The notes beneath the pieces are model-generated. The model saw nothing but the letters and a program-made list of their open reading frames with translations, was not told where the DNA came from and ran no database searches. 64,000 bases of DNA from positions 85,950-149,949 of the forward strand of contig JAWUXH010000028.1 in assembly GCA_034111445.1 (NCBI GenBank). Direction: 5' to 3'. Position numbers and translations under genes: made by a program. The first letter of the stretch is position 1. Each line of letters starts with the position of its first letter. Of this stretch, positions 41,352 to 49,470 are shown piece after piece. This DNA is from Methylophilaceae bacterium. Lineage in GTDB: Bacteria > Pseudomonadota > Gammaproteobacteria > Burkholderiales > Methylophilaceae.

Positions 41352-42008
41352 TTACATGGTGCGAGATTCAATCTCTTTGAAAATATTCCCATATAATTGA
41401 TAAAAGTTTTTAGCCGACTGTATTAACAGTGCTTGGTCAGCAGTATCTGTTATTTGATTAACGAGACCTTCATAAAATTCCGTATGGCCGACGTCTAAGT
41501 CGCCATGGGACAGTAGGTAGGTAAATGACTTGGCTGAAAGATTAAGGCTTGTCATGAGGCTTTGTCCAGCTTGCGTCGCAACAGCCGTACTGGTGCCTTC
41601 AAGCACAAGTACCATGCCAAAAAAACCAATAGGGTTAACACGGTTAATCATGTCGTAAGCGTAAGCAACCATTACTTCTGTTGCTAAACTAGGCGGGCCA
41701 TTTCGCACCGCTTCTTTATCAAATCCTGAAGCCGCAATATCATTCAATACCCATTCTTGGTGGCCCATTTCCTCTTCAATATACTCACCTAAACCGGTGC
41801 GTAACCATTCATAATTTTCACTTAAGCGACCACCACAAGCCATTAGTAAAGGCACGGTATGTTTTACATGGTGATAGGCTTCTGTTAAAAAGGCGATATA
41901 TGTTTCGAGTGAAATCTTGCCAGCGCCACCTTGCGTAATCAGTGGTAGGCTCATTAAAGTGTTACGTTCTGTCGTTGTTTCGGTTAGTAGTGTTTCGTAA
42001 AAAGACAT
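41352..42008 (-). CDS. heme-oxygenase-like diiron (iron-containing redox) enzyme
   Basis: EEEMGH, VLEGTS, HGDLDVGH (HxxxDxxH) ligand pattern. Confidence 0.82.
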   Translation of the reverse strand: MSFYETLLTETTTERNTLMSLPLITQGGAGKISLETYIAFLTEAYHHVKHTVPLLMACGGRLSENYEWLRTGLGEYIEEEMGHQEWVLNDIAASGFDKEAVRNGPPSLATEVMVAYAYDMINRVNPIGFFGMVLVLEGTSTAVATQAGQSLMTSLNLSAKSFTYLLSHGDLDVGHTEFYEGLVNQITDTADQALLIQSAKNFYQLYGNIFKEIESRTM

Positions 42009-42047
42009 ACATCATCCTTAAAATATTGGGTGTTTGTTAAATGTAGA

Positions 42048-43535
42048 TTATGAAGCGGTATAAAGCGCGTCAATGACAGGTTGGTAAATCTTCCAAATTT
42101 CATTGCGCTTGAGTCGACCATTAGGCGTAAGTTGATTATTACTCACACTAAAAGGCTCTGTTGCTAGTAAGTACTGACCGACCTGTGCGTAATCGGGAAG
42201 TGAAGCGTTTATTTGACTAATCGCAGCATTGATTGAGGCGGGTGTTGTATTTTGAGTCGTCAATATCAACGCGGTATTCCAAGGCTTAGATTCACCAAAC
42301 AAGCATGCTTGTTGAATTGCGGTTGTACTCGTTAAGTCACGCTCTACCCATTCTGGTGAAACATTACGACCAAATGAAGTGATGAAAATATTTTTTTTGC
42401 GGCCAGTAATGAATAAAAATTGCGCGTCATCTAAGTAGCCAATATCACCAGTATCAAGCCAACCTTCATCGGTATTAGCTTGATTGATATAGCCTAAATA
42501 ATTAGCCCCTTTGACGAAGATCTCATGATTGTCGTTGAGCTTGATTTGTAAGTGCGGTAACACTTTTCCTACGCTGCCGACTTTATTCGCGGCGGGAGTA
42601 TTGAGTGCAACCACTGAAGCACTTTCAGATAAACCATACCCCTCAAAAACAGGTAAACCAACTGCCAGTGCACGTTTGATTAAACTAGGAGCGACGGATG
42701 CGCCGCCAACAGCCAGAAACCGTAAAGACGTTAATGGTGCGGCACCACCTTCAATAAAGTTAACAAGCGCACTGAGTAACTCCGGAATCAGAATCGCTGT
42801 AGTGGCATGACTTTTTTTCAAGGCTTGATATAAATGCTCAATATCAAAGGCGCTACCTTTAAAGCCAACTTGATTGCTTGGCAATATGTGCGCTGTGCCG
42901 CCAGCTAATAAGGTTGCATAAAGGCCAGCTACATTTTCAAGTAACGTCGCTAATGGCAATATGCATAAATGTTGATCTTGGGGTGTGAGTTGCACTGCCT
43001 CAGTAATTGATTCTGCAACCTGTTGCATATTGTTAGCACTTAAACACACGCCTTTTGGTTGCCCAGTTGTGCCAGAGGTATAAGTGATTTTTGCCGTAGA
43101 ATCAGGTAGCTTGGTCGATGCTGGCTCTACGTTTAGCTCGATAAGCGTTAATTTTTTTTCATCAATGCTTAAATCAAATGTTATTTGGGTTGAGTCTTTA
43201 AATAAGGCTGTAAAGCGTGCTGGTTGATCCGTCACGATCATACTGATACCAGCATCTTGAATCGCATGCTTGAATTGCGCATCAGAGAAAAAGCTTGGTA
43301 GCGGGACCAGTGGATTTTTTTCTGCCATGGCCGCAATATCTAAAACAGCCCAAGCAGGACCGTTATCAACGGCCAGCGCGGTTGTATAAGTAGCACAATA
43401 TTGCGCTAACTGTGTTTGAGTATTTTCAATGTGACCCTGTAATGCTTGGTAATTGAGTGAAATGCCATCACCTTGAATGGCAAGATGCTCAGGCATGTTA
43501 GCGGCGTGTTGTTTGATGACATCATGGAACTTCAT
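42048..43535 (-). CDS. AMP-binding (ANL) acyl-adenylate-forming enzyme
   Basis: YTSGTTGQPKG, EGYGLSE, TGDIG, GRKKN; A10 region reads NGRLKR. Confidence 0.9.
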   Translation of the reverse strand: MKFHDVIKQHAANMPEHLAIQGDGISLNYQALQGHIENTQTQLAQYCATYTTALAVDNGPAWAVLDIAAMAEKNPLVPLPSFFSDAQFKHAIQDAGISMIVTDQPARFTALFKDSTQITFDLSIDEKKLTLIELNVEPASTKLPDSTAKITYTSGTTGQPKGVCLSANNMQQVAESITEAVQLTPQDQHLCILPLATLLENVAGLYATLLAGGTAHILPSNQVGFKGSAFDIEHLYQALKKSHATTAILIPELLSALVNFIEGGAAPLTSLRFLAVGGASVAPSLIKRALAVGLPVFEGYGLSESASVVALNTPAANKVGSVGKVLPHLQIKLNDNHEIFVKGANYLGYINQANTDEGWLDTGDIGYLDDAQFLFITGRKKNIFITSFGRNVSPEWVERDLTSTTAIQQACLFGESKPWNTALILTTQNTTPASINAAISQINASLPDYAQVGQYLLATEPFSVSNNQLTPNGRLKRNEIWKIYQPVIDALYTAS

Positions 43536-43539
43536 AACA

Positions 43540-44181
43540 TTAGTCCTCTGCAATGCCTCTAATGGCAACCACTTGCGGAGGGCTATCGTAATAACTACCC
43601 CATACCGCTTGCTCTGCTAATGGCAGGCGTGATTTGTCGGCTTTGTGTAATGGGTAAACGTCTCGACCACCCTTAATTAAACCATTTTGCAAGCTGTGGT
43701 GCGCGGTTGCAACACACCACCCAATACCAATATCAAGACTATGTTGAATGACATGCGCGATGAGTACACCGGCATTGCGTGGGTTTGAAACAGCTAAGTT
43801 ACCAATACACGTTATTTGATCACGGGGAATGCTTTTACCTAGTTTACGACTGATTAACTGTTCAATCGGCATATCAAGATACTGTTCAAGGAATAGCGGT
43901 TCTGCATTTGCTTCACGCATCCCAAATGCGGCCATCAGTACACCACTACTATCTCGCAATGCAACCAGTGTTGGCATAAACGTTGTGACATTGGCACCAT
44001 AGTTGATTTTAAATACGGAGTGAATAAAGGCCTCTACTTCAGCTCGGCAAGTAGCATCTTTTGTAACCGTATGTGCTGTAATTTCTTTCACTTGATAGCG
44101 CCTTGTTTTGACAAAGTTTCTGAGTTGGTAGGCCGTTTCGGCAGTAAATAGTTCATTAGTTTGTGCAGTATGTAACATCAT
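43540..44181 (-). CDS. thermostable hemolysin family protein (acyltransferase-like fold)
   Basis: R.EVEAFI...F...YGA, FLEQYLD.PIE, IGNLA, WGSYY...P.V motifs. Confidence 0.85.
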   Translation of the reverse strand: MMLHTAQTNELFTAETAYQLRNFVKTRRYQVKEITAHTVTKDATCRAEVEAFIHSVFKINYGANVTTFMPTLVALRDSSGVLMAAFGMREANAEPLFLEQYLDMPIEQLISRKLGKSIPRDQITCIGNLAVSNPRNAGVLIAHVIQHSLDIGIGWCVATAHHSLQNGLIKGGRDVYPLHKADKSRLPLAEQAVWGSYYDSPPQVVAIRGIAED

Positions 44182-44217
44182 CAAAGCCCCCTTAAGTGGA
44201 TTAATTACTTTGAATGA

Positions 44218-44233
44218 TGCAATGCGCATGCCA
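44218..44233 (-). promoter_or_regulatory. sigma54 -24/-12 promoter of the hemolysin-ANL-HDO-SDR operon
   Basis: Minus strand TGGCATGCGCATTGCA. Confidence 0.8.
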
Positions 44234-44286
44234 AATTAAAATATTATTTTAATTCATACACTTAACATTTTATATGGCGGACTATT

Positions 44287-44343
44287 CTGCAAACAATGCA
44301 TGAAGACAAACTTGGAAAACACACATACACGCAATTTTTGCAG
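44287..44343. promoter_or_regulatory. shared enhancer palindromes between divergent sigma54 promoters
   Basis: CTGCAAACAATGCAT (44287-44301) and ACGCAATTTTTGCAG (44329-44343). Confidence 0.6.
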
Positions 44344-44445
44344 GATATGATAGTGGCAACCTTTATCGCGCTGACTAAACCTCAACGTGACTAAAAAACA
44401 ATAGAAACAATAACTTAATTACATTTTGGCCTGATTTTTTTAACA

Positions 44446-44461
44446 TGGCACTTTGATTGCT
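44446..44461 (+). promoter_or_regulatory. sigma54 -24/-12 promoter of cptA
   Basis: TGGCACTTTGATTGCT, exact consensus; IHF-like AAACAATAACTTA at 44405-44417. Confidence 0.85.
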
Positions 44462-44499
44462 ATTCATCCTTACCTACATTCATTTAGTTAAGGACTACT

Positions 44500-46179
44500 G
44501 TGCTAACAATTAAGAAACCAACTTTATTATCTTTTTTATTGTTTTGGTATCTCACCACCATTACACAGTTATTGATTAGTTTATCTGGCGTTACTTCTTT
44601 TGAGGGTGTTAAAGATGCAACATTTACTGCATTCTTATGGATGATTCCGATCTGGCTATGGCCGCAGTATGTGAAAAAAATGACAGGTGTCATTGGCATG
44701 TTGCTTTGGGTGTTCGCATTACCTGGATTCGGTTACTTTCTGATTTATCATCAAGAGCTTTCGCAAAGTTTAATCTTTATTATTTTTGAGTCAAATCAAT
44801 CAGAATCTGCAGAATACTTAGAAAATTACCTTTCAGTTGGTGTGGCTTTGAGTTTTGTCGCCTTTACTTTAGTGCCACTGTTTATTTGGTCAAAAATTAA
44901 ACCATATGAACAGGTTAAAAAACCAGCCTACCTAACGAGCTTAATTATTTTCTTATTAATGTTTATGTCACCCGTGATAAAAGGCCTTAAGTACCATGAC
45001 GCAAGCGTTGCCTATAAGCGCGTGAACCGGCACTTATCTGCAGCACCGCCTTGGCAGTTGGTTTTTGGATATTACAATTATCAGCGTGAATTAAGTGAAA
45101 TTGAATCGCAATTATTGAGTTTTGATGCCATTCCAGCATTGAAAAATTTACGTGAAACAAAAAAAACGTTACCAGCAACAGTGGTACTCGTTATTGGCGA
45201 ATCAACAACGCGAGTACACATGGGCTTGTATGGCTACGCGCGTGAAACCACACCTAAGTTATCCAGTATTAAAAATGAGTTGGCGGTATTTGATAACGTC
45301 TTTTCTTCTAGACCAAGTACGATTGAAAGCTTAGAACAAGTACTGACCTTTGCTGACCAGCAAGCACCAGACCTTTACAAAACCACGCCTTCTATTATCG
45401 CAATGATGAAGCAGGCTGGCTATCAAACGTATTGGATCACCAATCAACAAACCCTGACCACTTTTGCAAAGCAAACCGATGAGCAGATATTTTTGAATCA
45501 CTCTCGTCGTCAAAATGCAAAAAGTTATGATGAAAAAGTGTTGGTTCCTTTTGCAAAGAAATTACGTAATAAGGCAGAGAAAAAATTGATTATTGTGCAC
45601 TTGTTGGGCACCCACATGAAATATGATTACCGGTATCCAGAAAGTTATGACTACTTCAATGATGCTGGTGGATTAGCTTCGAGTGTTGCAAACGATACTG
45701 ATAAAGTCTCTTTAATTAATGCGTATGATAATGCCATTTTATACAATGACCATATAGTCTATTCACTGATTCAAGTACTAAAAAATAGTACTCAGCACGA
45801 TGCACAAGGCATGCTTTTATATTTTTCTGATCACGGCGAAGATGTTTATGACACGGCGCCACATGACTTTAAGGGCCGTAATGAAGGTGCGCCGACATAC
45901 CCAATGTATGCCGTGCCATTTTTGGTATGGCATTCACCCAACTGGCAATTAGCCAGCAAACTATCTAACAAAGCCATACGCAGCCGACAATATGACAATG
46001 CTGATCTTATATATACATGGTCAGACTTGATTGGCTTAACTTATGACCGTTACGAAGCGGATGAGAGTATTTTAAGTGAGCAATTTTCAGAAGATGCTAT
46101 TTTGGTGGGAGACCCACGTGGCCCTCATATTGCAGCCTTAAAGGGAACATTGACGCATGCAATCAATCAGAAAAAATAA
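44500..46179 (+). CDS. cptA: phosphoethanolamine transferase CptA/EptC
   Basis: IFESN..E..EY, APPWQ, VIGEST, WITNQQT, HLLGTH, YDNAI, SDHGE. Confidence 0.85.
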   Translation: MLTIKKPTLLSFLLFWYLTTITQLLISLSGVTSFEGVKDATFTAFLWMIPIWLWPQYVKKMTGVIGMLLWVFALPGFGYFLIYHQELSQSLIFIIFESNQSESAEYLENYLSVGVALSFVAFTLVPLFIWSKIKPYEQVKKPAYLTSLIIFLLMFMSPVIKGLKYHDASVAYKRVNRHLSAAPPWQLVFGYYNYQRELSEIESQLLSFDAIPALKNLRETKKTLPATVVLVIGESTTRVHMGLYGYARETTPKLSSIKNELAVFDNVFSSRPSTIESLEQVLTFADQQAPDLYKTTPSIIAMMKQAGYQTYWITNQQTLTTFAKQTDEQIFLNHSRRQNAKSYDEKVLVPFAKKLRNKAEKKLIIVHLLGTHMKYDYRYPESYDYFNDAGGLASSVANDTDKVSLINAYDNAILYNDHIVYSLIQVLKNSTQHDAQGMLLYFSDHGEDVYDTAPHDFKGRNEGAPTYPMYAVPFLVWHSPNWQLASKLSNKAIRSRQYDNADLIYTWSDLIGLTYDRYEADESILSEQFSEDAILVGDPRGPHIAALKGTLTHAINQKK

Positions 46180-46195
46180 GCTGTTGAAGCGATCG

Positions 46196-46682
46196 TTACT
46201 TACAACTTAATGCGGGTTTATTTTTGGTGATTTTCCCGTTGGTAATCCATAGTGCTGGAAAAATGCGTTTATCAAGATTACACGCATTGATGTAACCAAT
46301 GGCCCCCTTTAGTCGATTCAATATAACGGATAACAGCTTCTTCAGAGTCAACCGAGTGCGGGGGTAATATGCCGTTAAAGTACTGTTCGTTCCAGTAAGC
46401 GACTTGTGTATTTGGTGCGCTGCCTAATACTGTTTTTGAAAATGCGACTCGAATCGGATGCTGTGACTTTAAATTCACCGGTTTGATGCGTAAACCTTGC
46501 GGCCAAAATCGTTGTTTACGCCAATAAATGAGGTTTAAGTTTTTGGTTGATAGCTTGAGTGATTTAACGGTCTCTTGGCTGCCAACAACAACCGCAATAA
46601 CAGGCGTTTTATCATCAGCCATGGCGAGGTTTGCCATGAGTACGCTGACCAGTGTCACTAAAATGGTAAGCAATTTAGCCAT
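46196..46682 (-). pseudogene. small periplasmic phosphate-binding-protein-like protein, frameshifted in a G5 run
   Basis: Signal peptide, F...VLG, YW...YFNG..PP; removing one C from 46303-46307 restores GAIGY and extends the ORF to a stop at 46196. Confidence 0.7.
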
Positions 46683-47710
46683 TAAAAGAATAGTGCAAAT
46701 GAAGTTAAAAAGCCATTTGGTGCATCAGGTTGGTCGCCACTGCCACCTGTGAATTCAAATTTTAATAACTGAGTGGGTTTAACCCGCCAAGTCGCACCTA
46801 ATAACCAGCGCTCGGCGGAGCCTTCGTCTGGCCGTTGAAATGTTTCTAAACGCGTAATCCAATGCCAGTCGTTTAACCCAAATTTGTTTAGCGGCACGGC
46901 AGATTGTAAGTAAGCACCACTGCCACCGTCTTTGTTGCGGGTGTCAAAACGTTGAAATGCTTCACCACTTATTTCTACACCCTTAACGTGTGTTACAAAG
47001 TCTAGCCCAAGCATGCGGTAACTGCCGGTAGTGTTGCCTTCTTCATTAAAGGATAGAAGAGATACGCCAATATCAGATTGGTTTTTATAACTAAATCGCG
47101 CACCCTTTACATGCGCAAACTCCAGTTCTTCATGGTCTAAGTTTTGGTCTTCTAAAATCTCAGTGAATAACTTATATTCAAATGCACCATTCATGAATGG
47201 TAAAGCACCAAACAGCATTACGCCATTGGTGCCAGTTGGGAATAAGCGAGAGGTGGCTAATGGGCGAGTGCTGGTCCAAACCAATGGCGAAGCATGTAAT
47301 AAGTTCCAGCGGCTATTGGGCGTTAGAAAACGGCCCGCTCTTAGGTTAACTTTTTCTGAAAAACTATAATCAACATAAAATCGTTCTAAATCAACATGAG
47401 ATGATTTTGTATTGAATTTTTGTTTATTGTTCCAAGTGAGAGGCTCTTCAAGTTCTAGCTCACTAAAAAAGCGCCAGCGGCTATCACCATTCCAAGTGAT
47501 TAATAGACTAACCTCGTTTAATGCCGCTTGTGTTTTTTGTCCTTGTTCAAGTGTGATGCCTGCACTCGCATAACCGCCTACATTGAACCCATCTAACCAG
47601 TTAGTCTGTTCTTCAGCCATAACAGGCTTGCATAGCGCTAACAGGCTGGCTAAACTGGTGAACAGAATGGTCAATAATTTCATAAATTTCTCAATTTTAA
47701 ACTCCATCAT
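46682..47710 (-). CDS. outer-membrane beta-barrel/porin-like protein
   Basis: Signal peptide, FFSELELE, LERFYVDY, LRAGRFLTP, terminal Phe. Confidence 0.75.
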   Translation of the reverse strand: MMEFKIEKFMKLLTILFTSLASLLALCKPVMAEEQTNWLDGFNVGGYASAGITLEQGQKTQAALNEVSLLITWNGDSRWRFFSELELEEPLTWNNKQKFNTKSSHVDLERFYVDYSFSEKVNLRAGRFLTPNSRWNLLHASPLVWTSTRPLATSRLFPTGTNGVMLFGALPFMNGAFEYKLFTEILEDQNLDHEELEFAHVKGARFSYKNQSDIGVSLLSFNEEGNTTGSYRMLGLDFVTHVKGVEISGEAFQRFDTRNKDGGSGAYLQSAVPLNKFGLNDWHWITRLETFQRPDEGSAERWLLGATWRVKPTQLLKFEFTGGSGDQPDAPNGFLTSFALFF

Positions 47711-47785
47711 CTATTGGGTATGTCATCAGGTAACATTAGCTGTAATCGAATTGTCTCACTTCATACGTTATATGAGAAATAGTAA

Positions 47786-49453
47786 ATGATAAAGAAGCTG
47801 AGTATTAAACAATTGCTGTTGTTAGCATTCTTATTAGCAGGGTTGTTACCCGCTATGCTGGTGAGTTTTTTAAGTTTTTATCAAACACGCACAGTGCTAA
47901 AGCAAGAGATTACGCGTGACATGCAAACCTTGAGCACAGCCGTTGCCAATGATCTTGGACGCATGATGTTTGAGCGTTTGCGTAATGTGCAAACGTGGAG
48001 CCAGCTTTCCATCATGCAAGAGCTGACAGTGGGTGATATCGATAAGCGTTTATCCATTTTCTTGAATGGCTTAGCGCAAAGCTATGGCAGTATTTATCAT
48101 GTTATTCAGGTAGAAGATTTACAGGGCAACGTGGTTGCCAGTAGTCAAGCACTTGAAATTGGCCAGCAACATGTTAAAAAGCCAGTTTGGTTTACAACCA
48201 ATATAGCCAATACTGTATTAACCGTTGCAAAGCTTGATGGCGCTAGCTTAGCGATTTCAGCACCAATTTTAGATGAAAACACCAACCTACCCATGGGGCA
48301 GCTTGTTGTAGCATTCAATTGGGCTTCTATCCAAAATGCGCTTAATGCTGCCAACAAAAAATCAACTGCGGCAGCATTATTAGATGCGCAAGGGGCTGTG
48401 TTGTCTGCAACGCCTAATTGGCAAGCCATTCAGTCAGGCCATGGCATGGCTGCAACTAGCCCGTTGAGTCGACAGTTTGGTGTTGCGCATTGGCAAGTGC
48501 AAGTTGAAAAGTTACACTCAGTTGCTGTCGCACCAGTGCATAAGTTGGGTTATATTTTTCTAGGTTTGTTGGCAGCAACACTGCTATTAGCCGCATTTTT
48601 AGTCAGGCCAATTGCGCAGGCCATTACGTTACCAATTATGCAGCTAACCCAATTTGTAAAAGGTTTTGCACAGCAAACAAAAGCCAAGCCGCCACAATCT
48701 GGCCCGCCAGAAGTGCGTGAATTAGGCGCTGCCTTTGAAACCATGACGCATGATTTAGCGCAGTATCAAGATGAGCTAACACGCGCAGCAAAACTGGCTG
48801 TTGTGGGTGAAATGGCCGCAGCAATGAGCCATGAAGTTCGTACGCCGCTCGGTATATTACGTTCTTCAGCCGATGTCCTTAAGCGAGAAAAAGCGTTGTC
48901 AGATGAAGGCCATGAGGTGTTGACTTTTATTAGTGCTGAAACCGAGCGCTTGAATAAGCTAGTATCAACATTAATTGATGCAGCCCGCCCAAGGTTGCCC
49001 GCATTTAAAACGATTAATTTAGCTGAGTTATTGGTTAATATAATTGCAATGCTAGATGCGCAAGCAAAGGCGAAAAAGATTAACCTAACATATGATGGGC
49101 CAGTGCAAGACGTCGCTGTATCGGTGGATTCAGACCAAATCACACAAGTCATCATCAACTTAGTGATGAATGCCATACAGGTGTTGCCTGAAGGCGGAAA
49201 TATTGTGGTTGCACTTAAACAGGTTATTGATCAAGTCGTAATAGAAGTGATGGATGATGGGGAAGGGATTGCGGTAGCGCATCAAGCACAAATGTTTGAA
49301 CCATTCTTCACCAAACGCGCTGGTGGTGTTGGTTTAGGGTTAGCCGTTGTGCGCCAAATCGTACAAGCGCATGGAGGTGAAATTACCTACCAAACCAGTC
49401 CAATGCATGGCGCGCAGTTTACAATAGTCATTCCAATGAAGTTGCATGAATAA
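47786..49453 (+). CDS. sensor histidine kinase (periplasmic Cache-like domain, HAMP, HisKA, HATPase)
   Basis: Two TMs; MSHEVRTPL, NLVMNAIQ, DDGEG, FEPFFT, GVGLGL. Confidence 0.93.
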   Translation: MIKKLSIKQLLLLAFLLAGLLPAMLVSFLSFYQTRTVLKQEITRDMQTLSTAVANDLGRMMFERLRNVQTWSQLSIMQELTVGDIDKRLSIFLNGLAQSYGSIYHVIQVEDLQGNVVASSQALEIGQQHVKKPVWFTTNIANTVLTVAKLDGASLAISAPILDENTNLPMGQLVVAFNWASIQNALNAANKKSTAAALLDAQGAVLSATPNWQAIQSGHGMAATSPLSRQFGVAHWQVQVEKLHSVAVAPVHKLGYIFLGLLAATLLLAAFLVRPIAQAITLPIMQLTQFVKGFAQQTKAKPPQSGPPEVRELGAAFETMTHDLAQYQDELTRAAKLAVVGEMAAAMSHEVRTPLGILRSSADVLKREKALSDEGHEVLTFISAETERLNKLVSTLIDAARPRLPAFKTINLAELLVNIIAMLDAQAKAKKINLTYDGPVQDVAVSVDSDQITQVIINLVMNAIQVLPEGGNIVVALKQVIDQVVIEVMDDGEGIAVAHQAQMFEPFFTKRAGGVGLGLAVVRQIVQAHGGEITYQTSPMHGAQFTIVIPMKLHE

Positions 49454-49470
49454 TTAGGGTTAGAAGCCAA

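Noticed and set aside
43540-44181. A secreted hemolytic toxin
   Set aside because: No signal peptide and an enzyme-operon context; the family name alone is not evidence of toxin function
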